A stretch of 20,492 nucleotides of DNA from Octopus sinensis. Lineage: Eukaryota. The translations under genes were made by a program, and so were the position numbers. Below, piece after piece: positions 1-10,197 of the stretch. Under the pieces are notes generated by a model. That model saw nothing but the letters and a program-made list of their open reading frames with translations. It was not told the origin of the DNA and made no database searches. The first letter of the stretch is position 1; each line of letters starts with the position of its first letter. The DNA is taken from the NCBI RefSeq assembly GCF_006345805.1, contig NW_021823977.1, positions 1-20,492 of the forward strand, in the 5' to 3' direction.

Positions 1-240
1 GAATTGCTCGTATATCCAGATCAGCAATCAAGGAATCACTAGAAATATTGATTTACAAGTGTCATTATAATAAACCATCTAACTGACGTATTTTATATGA
101 GGGAATTTGGGTTGCAGCGTTTGTGTTCTGTACGTGAATAATATACTTGGTGTATATATCACAAAAGTGTTCATGAGTTGTGTAGCACAGTAGCCATTTA
201 CTAAAGCTGTGTTATATAGCATGTATATACTACACTGATT

Positions 241-550
241 CGGCTCTCCGTCGTTTACGACGATCCATCAAACAGCCAGCTCGTGAAATTTAATGTTCAA
301 GCGGCTGGCTGAGTACTCCACAGACAGACATACCCTTAACGTAGTTCTCGGGAAGATTCAGAATGACACACAAAGTTACAAAGCTGGTCCTTTTGAATTT
401 CTAGTACAACTCATTTTTGCCAGCAGAGTGGACTGGAGCAATAAAGCGAAATAAAGTGTCTTGCACAAAAGACAGAAAGCGCCACCAGGCATTGAACTCA
501 CGACCTTACGACTGTGAGCTGAATGCCCTAACCACTAAGCCACGCTCCTT
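241..550 (-). mobile_element. tRNA-derived SINE (family 1), near full length
   Basis: The minus strand begins AAGGAGCG-TGGCTTAGTGGT (A box) and has GAGTTCAATGC (B box; plus 489-499). A conserved-domain-like TTGTGCAAGACACTTTATT...TTGCTCCAGTCCACTCTGCTGGCAAAAATGAGT follows. The 3' end has the hairpin CGTCG-TTTA-CGACG. Confidence 0.85.
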
Positions 551-2085
551 TATATCAGGCGCATACTACAGTATTGCCGTACAATATAGTGTTTATTACG
601 ATGCTGTTTATGACGATGGTGTATAGTATATTCAGTATATATTATAATATTGTTGGCTTGTTCTATATTACCGGTCTACATGATTGTATAACTATATTTA
701 GCGTATTGTATATATATAGTATGTGGTGTTTCGTGTCTATAATACGGCTGTTTCCGTGTGTTGTATAGTTAGTGTATACTGCAGGACAATTAGTGCATGT
801 ATACTTTGCAGTAATGTTGGTGTGTAGTACATTGTAGTGTGGCTGTGTACTACAGTAATTTAGATATGTTATAAAGTATAGTTACTGTGTACCATGGAAG
901 TGTGTTGTGCTGTTTGGGTGTATAGCAAAATAAATGTCAATATTCTATACCACAGTAGATTGTTATTGGAAAGTGGGTGTATTTGACAGGAATGGTGTAT
1001 TAAGCAATATAGTTGGTGTATTTATTTTTGCTAATGTTCAACAAAAGTCAGCTCCGATAAAACAGAGATCAGACGGAAAGTGTTTCAGTCATGAGCATCT
1101 CGACCTTTAGCTATATGTAAGACTACGGCATTGAAGGTATCCCGTGCTTATATATATAAAAAAAAGTTGAGTATGATTTGAGGGAGATTGGCTGATGCTT
1201 CTTAAAAGTCGAGTGGCTTTTGTTTGGTAAATGCTGCTGGCTTTGTAATTGCTCCACAGGTCAACAATATTACCAGTTATGACTATTTTATGGGGGAGTT
1301 TCGCACCTATCACCTTGTTTTTGGCTTTTTGAAGACCGTCAGCTATAATTTGACAAAGAGCTGGCTGTACTCCTAGCATGCCTGGTATCTCACATTATAT
1401 GGAAGTATTGCTTTAGCATAGTGTATGAGACTGTAAAGTATGATAGTGATGGAATGGTGTATAGCCAGGTTAGTGTGTTAAATGGTAGTTTCGATGTGGT
1501 GTATGGTGACAGCGGCGGGGAGTGTATTGTAATGTTGTTCGGTGTGTTGTAGTGTATGATAGCATTGGTATGGTGTATAGTAATGTTAGTATCAGGTATG
1601 GTAGTGTAGGTACGGGATTGGAAGTGCATCCGCTCTATAGAGTAGTATTGGTATGCTGTATCATAGTGTTTGCCTGATGTACATCTGTTGGTGTAAAGCG
1701 ATTTTGGTTAGGTGTGCAGTAGTGTGTGGTGGTTTTGGCGAAGTGTATGGTAGTGTTAGTGGTGTGTGGCAATATTAAACTGCTGTAGTATTGAAGTTGT
1801 GTATGACAGTGTTGGAAGGGTAGATGATAGTGTTGGTATGGTGCATTCTATACGATACTATTGGTGTAACGTATTGTAGTATTGTTATGTATTACAGTCT
1901 AATGTAATACAATGGTCTGATGTACGGTAATATGAATATGATGTAAGGCAGTGTTGGATGGAGCAGAGCAATGTTGATGGTGTACGGAAGTGACGCTTTG
2001 CTCTCTGGTCGGTCTTTCATGGTTACACATAAATACTGACATGTACGTACTCTCGTTCACAATCATAAATGCGCAAACACACATA
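551..2085. repeat. Degenerate G/T-rich low-complexity tract (GTGTA/TAGTG/GGT-like motifs)
   Basis: Recurrent imperfect GTGTATAG, TAGTGTTGGT and GTGTGGT motifs with strong G+T strand bias, interrupted by a more complex segment at about 1040-1390. Confidence 0.6.
1107..1379 (-). pseudogene. Possible highly decayed L1/Tx1-type reverse transcriptase fragment
   Basis: The ORF QIIADGLQKAKNKVIG...ITGNIVDL...LLRSISQSPSNHTQLF has spacing like the L1/Tx1 RT domains 1-3 pattern (K.LA.RLQ.V...I...Q.....I.DN..L...D..KAFD..H..L). The diagnostic residues are mostly lost. Confidence 0.3.
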
Positions 2086-2363
2086 CATGCATTTTAAATA
2101 TATACGCATATACAGCAGGTACCTGCGCCCAATTATTCACTCACACATACGTACAACTGATACACACGCAGCTGATATACGTAGCTGACGCACATAAACC
2201 CACATGTACACACATTATGTACACACACCCTAGCAAGCACAATGCAATCAGCTCTCACCCACACGCCAGCTTACACAGACGTTTAGCAGACACACACACA
2301 CACATAAGCATCAGACGCCCACTTCTACACTCATACATCTGGTACACACACACACACACACAC
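2086..2363. repeat. Degenerate (CA)/(CATA) microsatellite ending in (CA)n
   Basis: CA-rich alternating purine-pyrimidine sequence with a pure CA run at about 2345-2363. Confidence 0.8.
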
Positions 2364-2631
2364 GTCCGCAAGTTCCTTCAAAGACCGACCAGAGAGCGAG
2401 ACACCATCAGCCACGCGGTTCTCCCTTTCTAATGCATCTGGTGTCGTTGGAATGTCGATCTCTCTTCTAACAACTTCCATGTGACCCGTCTTGACAGTGG
2501 CAGTTCAGATTCTAGTAGCCGATTGGACTTCTTCCATCTCTCCATCCGGTGAACTGAGCCTGACGACTTAAGTTTGTCTAAGGAGCTTAAGAAACTTTAA
2601 GTCGCATGGGGCCAAATGAAACTGATTTAAC

Positions 2632-2632
<1 letters not shown>
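2364..2632 (+). mobile_element. Non-coding ~270-bp element with a 3' hammerhead motif and (TAA)n tail (Penelope pseudo-LTR-like or retrozyme-like)
   Basis: A complex-sequence island between (CA)n and (TAA)n with no recognisable ORF in the plus frames I translated. It has a hammerhead motif about 30 nt before the TAA tail. Confidence 0.45.
2554..2609 (+). ncRNA. Type I hammerhead ribozyme motif (minimal, possibly partly decayed)
   Basis: Parsed as CTGACGA core (2560-2566), C, stem II TTAAG/CTTAA (2568-2572/2586-2590), GAAA (2591-2594), stem III AC-TTTAA-GT and a GUC triplet (cleavage 3' of C2603). Stem I is weak (GC/GC, an A-A mismatch, then G-T, T-G, C-G). Confidence 0.55.

Positions 2633-2685
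<53 letters not shown>
2633..2685 (+). repeat. (TAA)n microsatellite
   Basis: Perfect TAA run. Confidence 0.97.
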
Positions 2686-2686
<1 letters not shown>

Positions 2687-2862
2687 TTACCAACATGGCT
2701 GAAAAAGATCGGTGCAAGTGTGATGGTAGAGCACATAAGAATTGCTTGGAACTGCAAGAATTCTTCGCAGGGTTCTTGAAGCATGACCAGTAAACAAATG
2801 TCGCCTGAGTCCGCTGACTGTGGACAGCTGACAGCAAAATCAGCTGTGAAGTTTTCATAAAG
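2686..2862 (+). mobile_element. Severely 5'-truncated R4/Dong-clade LINE 3' end (subfamily A)
   Basis: Encodes LPTWLKKIGASVMVEHI/(frameshift)LLGTARILRRVLEA*, matching the C-terminus of R4/Dong RLE proteins (..QK..LLGTARILR.VL). The 3' UTR has the hairpin ACAGCTGA/TCAGCTGT (2824-2847). (TAA)n lies on both sides. Confidence 0.75.
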
Positions 2863-2876
2863 TAATAATAATGATG

Positions 2877-2935
<59 letters not shown>
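2863..2935 (+). repeat. (TAA)n microsatellite
   Basis: TAA run with two TGA variants. Confidence 0.97.
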
Positions 2936-2938
<3 letters not shown>

Positions 2939-3319
2939 TAGCAGTATCGCCCGGCGTTGCTCGGGTTTGTAAGGGAAATAACTATAAAGCATTTTTAGAG
3001 TTATAGCCAAAAAATAGCAAAAAAATGGAAAAAAAAGGATGGTAAATTTTTTTGAGAGTTAAAAAGGTGGAGTTGCGTCCCCTAGACAGTCTGTGGTTTG
3101 TGTTTCTGATTCTCGACCCCATGTCTAATTTATCGATTTTTTTTAGAACTGGAGGAACTTTTCAAAATTTTCGCTGCGTTAGTTTTGAATTATGACACTG
3201 GGCTATGTATGTGTCAAGTTTCATCAGAATCGGTTGAAAGCCGTGGTCAGGGTGAGGGTACAACCTAACAGACACACAGACACACACACAGACAAACTGC
3301 CGTTTATATATAGAGAGAT
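2936..3319 (+). mobile_element. Non-autonomous Helentron-associated element (HINE/DINE-1-like)
   Basis: Starts AACTAGCAGTATCGCCCGGCGTTGCTCGGGT (5' hairpin CCCG/CGGG), resembling the DINE-1-like ACTAG..CCCG..start. It contains the GTCAAGTTTCATCAGAATCGGTTGA block and a (CAGA/CACA) simple repeat. It has a short subterminal inverted match (GCAGT/ACTGC) and ends TTTATATATAGAGAGAT. It sits in (TAA)n and has no ORF. Confidence 0.6.
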
Positions 3320-3339
3320 AATAATAATTAATAATGATG

Positions 3340-3394
<55 letters not shown>

Positions 3395-3408
3395 TAATAA
3401 TGCACACG

Positions 3409-3441
<33 letters not shown>
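3320..3441 (+). repeat. (TAA)n followed by (CA)n
   Basis: Direct reading. Confidence 0.95.
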
Positions 3442-3443
<2 letters not shown>

Positions 3444-3829
3444 ATATATATGATTAAACTGGGTCATACAGTCACTGATTTTGTAACTAGGAAACTAGAA
3501 AATCTTTGTCTGAAATAGAATCAGTACACGAACCAAAAATTCTTCCTGGGGTTAAATGGTAGTACTATCGTCTCTTAGAGTGCAGCCACATTAAAGTGGC
3601 CAAAAACAGTACTTTTTGGTCCGTATTATGGACAGATATTTTCTAACGTACTTGTTTACGATTAAATTATTCTTTAAGTGGTATCTTTCACAGAATGACA
3701 CGGACAAAAGAAATTGAGTAGGTAAAATTATATATACACACCTTGCCTTCATCAGCACCCAAAAATGGGAAACGTGTGGGTGTTACCACTTTTTGTAGTT
3801 CAAGTTACATATTACGACTAACATACAAC

Positions 3830-4059
3830 TGGACAGATAAACAAAGAGGTGGACCAAGAAATAGATAGAAAGACAGTCAGACAGTGTCCAACAGAGGGCG
3901 GTCGGGCATATAGACAAATGGATAGATAGAGAGACAATCAGATAGACAGACAGACAGACAGATCGAGAGAGAGAAAGAAAGGAGAGAGAGTGACCGATAG
4001 ACTATCAGACAGACAATCAGATGGACGGACGGACGATTGGACAGACATAGAGATACCTT

Positions 4060-4150
<91 letters not shown>
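3830..4150. repeat. (GACA)/(GATA)n tetranucleotide tract, degenerate then perfect
   Basis: Degenerate GACA/GATA at 3830-4058 and perfect (ATAG)n at about 4059-4150. Confidence 0.95.
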
Positions 4151-4151
<1 letters not shown>

Positions 4152-6280
4152 TGTTTCTTTATTGGCCACACAGAGCTGAACATAGAGGGGACAAAATACA
4201 AAGTAGAGCTTTTCTTTTTGGGAAGAAGAAAAGAAAAAAAATGTGGGTCGAATTCCGATCAAAAGGGATCATGGAAAAAAGTGGGGGCTGATCAATACGG
4301 ATCGTGTATCACAGAAATGTCAATTCAAAAGGGAAAACAGATTAGGTTTATCCATGCATAGAAAAGTCTACGGAAAAGACCACGGGAACCTTGGGCAATA
4401 GTATCATGCAAAAAAATACATTACAGTAAGTAGCCCTCTTTTTTCCTTTCGTTTTTTTTTTTTTCTTTTTGGTTCATAGGATTATGCTGAAGCTGGTTCC
4501 GTCATTCATACGTGCCATTCTTGCTACATTCACCCATCTTTTTTTGAAGCATTCACTAGACAAAACTTCCCTCTCTACTCTCACCTTCCTCTTCAAGTGA
4601 TGCTTGAAGAAGTTGATGTGAGATTGACCAGACGCGTCCACCATACACATTTTTACGCCATAGCCACAAGTACGATGAAAATGGCTCTTCCTTCCCGTTT
4701 CAAGGAAGGAGGCGCGACAATATTCACGATAGACTCGGTTCATAAACCGACTCATCCCAAACGCGATAGCAGTCGTTCCACATAGGCCCACATGTCGGAA
4801 ATGGTTGGACACTGTACCAGTGCGTGCAGAACGGTTTCGTCGCTCTGACCTTATCTCGGACAGGTCGGCCCCGTGTTTCTCGAGCCATGCCTGTATAGCT
4901 TAACCCGAACGGGTAGCGCTTCTCGATAGCACTACCAGGCCAGGGATCTTTGGAAGTTGTCCATAAGTCCCGGTCCGAAAGTCGTCTTGAACAGGCGGGT
5001 CAGGTATTCCTCGTCGACGTCCAGGTTCGCTCCAAGATCGTTGTCGTACATTCCCGTCACTAATCCCCTATAGAATGCTTTTGTTGTGTTGAAATCGCTC
5101 AAGGTCGACCCGGGACGGCAGAGTTGCTTGAGACGGAGGCGCTAGTGGACGACGTGGGCTTGCTTCTCCAGGTGCCGAGCCGCAAGCCCATTGACTTTTC
5201 CCGGCTGATTTTCGCTCCTGTTGCCGATTCGAAGTCTTTCAGTGTCTCGTAGACCAGCTCGATGTTCTTCTAGCTAGACACTATGGCGGTGACGTCGTCC
5301 GCATATGCAGACACGCTCGTCCCGCATCCCATTTCTCGCGTGATGCCCCTCAGTGTCGCCAGCTTCCGCAGCAGTGGCTCGAGAGTCAATACGTATAGAA
5401 GCGACGAGAGGAGGCACCCCTGACTGACCGAACGTGCAATGTTGCAAGGTCTTGATAGATATCCATTTACGCGAATTGCTGAACAGATACCTCTGTACAA
5501 AGCAGCTATCCAGTCGCGGAAGACGGGACCGAAACCAGCCGTTATGAGGATATCCTCCAATTATCGATGGTCTACCCTATCGAAAGCGTTGGATTGATCC
5601 AGGTTAATCAGGGCCCCACCCATGCCAAGTTCCTTAACTACCCTGTCCATGATTTAACGCATGAGGTGGAGGTTGTCATGGATGCTCCGGCCCGGTATGG
5701 CGCATGTTTGCGCCTTGTCGACCAGTTTCTCGATGACAAGCGCCAACCTCTTGGATAACACCTTGGCCCAGTTTTCAAGCCTGCATTGAGCAGAGTGATG
5801 GGCCTAAAGTATCTTTCTTCAGCAGCGTTATGGCTCCTCGACTCACAAAACCGGGATGCTTCCGTTTTGCTGCCAGTTGAGGTAGACAGCTGCCAAGACT
5901 TCTCCAAACAAGTCTTTGCATACAACTGTAAAGTTCGTAGGGTAGACCACCCAAACCCGGCGATTTGTCCCTCGAGCATTTTGCCATCGCGCCCCGCACT
6001 TCCGCCGCCGCGATGGCACCTTCGCAGCACCCTGCCTCTCTTGTCGAAAGTCGTGGCAGGCTGTTCAAGTAGGTACAGAAGTCCACTCTGCGTTCTCGCT
6101 CGCCACTCGTCCCGAACAATCGGGCAAAATGCTGTTGAAAGGTATCACACATTTTACTTGGCTCGAGTAATTTGCGCCCCTGTTCATTTACCAGAAACCG
6201 AATGGTGACGTTGTTGCCCTGTTGTGCCACCCGGGCCACTCGCGCGGTTCCAGCACCTTCGTTCCTTAGAGCACGAAGAA
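4151..6280 (-). mobile_element. Tx1/L1-clade non-LTR retrotransposon, 5'-truncated, internally deleted and frameshifted ORF2 plus 3' UTR
   Basis: Minus-strand pieces in order: tether region with DKSPGLGGLPYELY; FRPITLLNA/..KVLSKRL; NLDQSNAFDRVDH; VSQGCLLSSLLYVLTLEPLL; SAYADD (about 5290-5310); CCHC TCPR*GQSDETVLHALVQC (about 4815-4870); C-terminal FFKHHLKRKVRVER..F..RW; then AATAAA just before the (TATC)n flank. Confidence 0.92.
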
Positions 6281-6292
6281 TGGATAGATAGG

Positions 6293-6332
<40 letters not shown>

Positions 6333-6358
6333 TAGATAGATAGATAGATAGATAGATG

Positions 6359-6429
<71 letters not shown>

Positions 6430-6480
6430 GGATAGATAGATGGATTGATAGACTGCTAAATAGATAGATAGATAGATAAG
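6281..6480. repeat. (GATA)n/(GACA)n tetranucleotide tract
   Basis: Direct reading. Confidence 0.97.
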
Positions 6481-6829
6481 GTAGAAAATTGTTGCACGTA
6501 TATTTGCGTCGAGAAAGTTTTCTTTTTTCTTTCTCTTTTTTTTTCCATATAATTGTGTGCGTTTGTACAGAATATATGAATACATTTATATTTACGTGTC
6601 AGAGATTTTGTTGGCAGCAGAAGAGAGATAGAGACTAGGTTTCAGGAAATAATCCAATGAAAGAAAGTGAGGAAAGAGGGGAAAGTGAATGCGGATGAGA
6701 AGGAACGGAAGGAATGGTGGTGGTGGTGGGAGGTTGAGAGAATGAGTGACAACCATTAAAAAAGAAAGGAGTACGGAGATTTTGAATCTAATGTGAGCGA
6801 TGTTATTGTCTGGGTTTTGCACGTTGGTG

Positions 6830-6858
6830 GCGCCGTCGCCGTCATCATTTGTTGATAC

Positions 6859-6889
<31 letters not shown>

Positions 6890-7995
6890 ACTATTCTTGA
6901 AGTTGTTGTGTTGGTGTTATTGCTGTTCTTGGTATTGCTGATGTCGCTGTTGGTAATGGAATGACTGTTGAGAATGAGCTGATTGTAATTTTGTTCATGG
7001 AGATGATGGTGATGGATATGGTGGTGGTGGTGGTGGTGGTGATGGCGGTGGTGATGATAATGATGATGATGATGATGATGGTGATGATGATAGTGGTGGT
7101 GGTGGTGGTGTTGATGGTGGTGGCGGTGGCGGTGGTGGTGGTAATGATAATGATGATGATGATAGTGGTGATGGTGGTAGTGGTAGTGGTGTTGATGGTG
7201 GTGGCGGTGGTGATGATGATAATGATAATGATGATGATGATAGTGGTGATGGTGGTAGTGGTAGTGGTGTTGATGATGGTGGCGGTGGTGATGATGATAA
7301 TGATAATGATGATGATGATGATGATGGTGATGATAATAGTGGTGGTGGTGGTGGTGGCGGTGGTGATGATGATGGTGATGATGATGATGATGATGACAGA
7401 GGTGGTGGTGGTGGTGGTGGTGGTGGTGGTGGTGGTGGTGTTGGTGGTGGTGGTGGTAATGGTAGTCGTTATGGGAACGACGTAATGATGGAGGTGATGG
7501 TGATAGACATGACGGTTTTGGTGATGGTCATGATGATGATGATGCCAGTGATGATGGTTACTCTGATGGAAATCAAGGTGGTGCTAGGGACGATGCGGAT
7601 GATGATGATGATATGGAGGAGGAGGACGATGAGGACGTCGAGGACGACAAGGAGGATGAGGACGACCAGGAGGTGGAAGGGGAGGAAGATGAAAATCATG
7701 ATGATGATGTGGAGGGGGAAGAGGATGTGATGGCAACGATGGCGTTTTAGTCTTTGGGACAGTTATTATGGACATCATCATCATCATCATGTGGTTGTGT
7801 GTGAAAATGGCGCTCGTGGTGCCGGTGGTAGTGGTATTGATAATGATAATGATGACGATGGTGGTGGTGGTGGTGGTGGTAGAAACGGTCATAGTTGTGA
7901 TAGTATAATAATGGTGGTAGTGGCGATGCGTGAGGTAGTTGTTATTGTATTTGTGGTGTTGGTGGTGCTGCTACTGTTGCTGGTGAAATGGTAGC
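6830..7995 (+). repeat. Compound trinucleotide tract (GTT, GGT, GAT, GAC, GAG) with a local 78-bp higher-order repeat
   Basis: In-phase triplet mosaics. The GATAGTGGTGATGGTGGTAGTGGTAGTGGTGTTGAT unit recurs at 7161 and 7239. Confidence 0.9.
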
Positions 7996-8003
7996 GAAGG
8001 TAT

Positions 8004-8265
8004 GCCACCACCACCATCATCATCATCATCATCACCATTGTCGTCGTTGTCATCATTACCACCTTCTGACTCCTCCTTTCCTTCTCACTAACACCAGCAA
8101 GCTTCAATTGCAGTCGCAGCAGTACTAACATCATCATCATCATCATTATCAATATTATCGTCCTCACTCCCACCACCACCGACATCACCATCACCATCAT
8201 CATCATCATCATCATCATCATCATTACCAGCAGCTGCAACACAAACATCATCATCATTATCATAA
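8004..8265 (-). repeat. Compound (CAC)/(CAT)n tract, opposite orientation to the preceding tract
   Basis: CACCACCATCATCATC mosaics, which are the reverse complement of GGT/GAT. Confidence 0.9.
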
Positions 8266-8291
8266 CATAGTTTGCTTTTTACCCTTTTTGT

Positions 8292-8295
<4 letters not shown>

Positions 8296-8348
<53 letters not shown>

Positions 8349-8392
8349 ATTATTATTATTATTATTATTATTATTATAATTATTATTATTAT
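8296..8392. repeat. (TTA)n microsatellite
   Basis: Direct reading. Confidence 0.97.
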
Positions 8393-8459
8393 CAGTAGTA
8401 AGCCGAAGCTTCTGCTTTGGGTGTAAATATTTATCTTCAGGCAAAATAAGAATATATAT

Positions 8460-8482
8460 ATCTATATGTGTGTGTGTGTATG

Positions 8483-8514
<32 letters not shown>

Positions 8515-8631
8515 TGGTGTATATAGCAGCTGTAGTAGTTAGTTACTGTCCTTGCAAAACGGGTGCGATTGTTAACAGGCGATTTTTGTGGTACTCTCTC
8601 TCCTCTCTCTCTCTCTTCTTTCTCTTCTCTC

Positions 8632-8662
<31 letters not shown>

Positions 8663-9093
8663 TCTCTTTCTCTCCTCTCTCTCTCTTCTCTATCTCTCTC
8701 TTTCTCTCTCTCTCTCTCTTTCTCTTTCTCTCTCTCTCTCTCTCTTTCTTACTCTTTCACACTTACACACAAACACATACGTGCATATACATTTATATAA
8801 TTGTCTTTATGTGTGTGTATGTAATGTGTGTATATAAATATGCGTGTATATATATATATATATATGCGTGTAGGTATGTGTATATATATATGTGCTTGTG
8901 TGTGTATACATATATATATATACACATGATGACAGAACATACATACACATGTGTATGTATATATAATATATATATATATATATATATTATATATGTATGT
9001 ATGTATGTATGTATATGCATGTATGTATGTATGTCGGTTTTATGCATGTGTGTGCATGCATATATATAAATAAATGCATACACACATATACAA

Positions 9094-9138
<45 letters not shown>

Positions 9139-9314
9139 GAGTATCCACGTGTATATAAGAGTTGAATAGTGTATTTATACACGTACGTGAAGTGTAATGT
9201 ATGCCTGTAGTAACGCATACATACTCCTACGAATACATACACACATATCTTGGTGATTAAGACGTATTCTACCTTTGTATTTGGCAAACACATATACATA
9301 CATATACACATTCG

Positions 9315-9347
<33 letters not shown>

Positions 9348-9660
9348 ATTTCTCTTTCTCTCCATTCTCTCTCTCTCTCAGGTAATATGTGAGGTAAAGG
9401 GGTGAAATGGAGAGAGGGAGTGGAAGATTGACAAGGAAAAACCGATACACGTACACAGTTGCTCACACACATACCCACACAGGCCGCAACAGAGGCATAG
9501 AAGCACATCACACAGATACGCAGTTTTATTCGTACGCGTATACACACGCACACATAAACGCGCGCGTATATACATACATACACACGCACACACTGAGACG
9601 CGCACTCTCTCTCTCTCTCTCACTCCCTCACACACACACACACACACACACTTACACAGA
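8460..9660. repeat. Compound dinucleotide/tetranucleotide tract: (TG),(TATG),(TC),(TA),(CA)
   Basis: (TC)n at about 8595-8750, 9315-9380 and 9605-9630. (TA)/(TG)/(TATG) at 8460-8520 and 8780-9140. (CA) at 9440-9655. Confidence 0.9.
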
Positions 9661-9841
9661 CTAATAACAATACACAATAGCACACATGCAATATCTCAAC
9701 CTGCCAGCCGCTCGCACCTGAACAGAATCTGGAACACGCACCTTGCAATCAGTCGATGTGTCAGATGGGTATTTAATTGAACACCCGTCTTATCAGTGAA
9801 ACTTACTACCACAGCTTCAGGACATAACCCTGACAAAATGT

Positions 9842-10197
9842 GCTCTCTCTTTCTTTCTCTCTCTCTCCTCCTCTCTCTCCTCCTCTCTCTCTCTCTCTCT
9901 CTGCTTCTTTTATATCTCTATCGCTCTATCTCTGATGTGTCTGCCTGTCTAAACAATTATTATTGCTTTGCTTATCTTCCTTTTCTTTTCTGTTTTTTTT
10001 TTGCTTCTTCATTTAGTTTTCACTCTCACTTCTCTCTCTCCTTCTCTCTTTCTCTGCTTCTCTCTCTCTCTCACTCTCTCACAACTCTCTCTCTCTCTCA
10101 CTCTCTCTCTCTCTCACTCACTCTTTCTCTCACACTCACTCTTTCTCTCACTCTCTCTCTCTCTCACTCTCTCTCTCTCTCACACTCACTCTTTCTC

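Noticed and set aside
241-550. tRNA gene from A/B boxes (also 11564, 16834, 20223)
   Set aside because: There is no complete cloverleaf, and the boxes are followed by SINE body and tail sequence. Family 3 occurs three times in the window.
5567-6208. Plus-strand ORFs 5567..5758 and 5786..6208
   Set aside because: They are antisense shadows of the GC-richer Tx1 ORF2 and have no independent motifs.
6961-8444. Long ORFs encoding poly-M/V, poly-H/I/T and poly-N/D
   Set aside because: These are translations of trinucleotide microsatellites that lack in-frame stops by construction. There are no domain motifs or splice context.
9700-9775. Possible plus-strand host exon (CAG|...ATGG|GTATTT)
   Set aside because: The splice signals are weak and the 20-aa translation has no recognisable similarity.
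9750-9802. Hammerhead-like CTGATAA-stem-GACAC on the minus strand with the hairpin AGATGGGT/ACCCGTCT
   Set aside because: Both core segments are mutated, and no stem III, NUH triplet or stem I can be formed.
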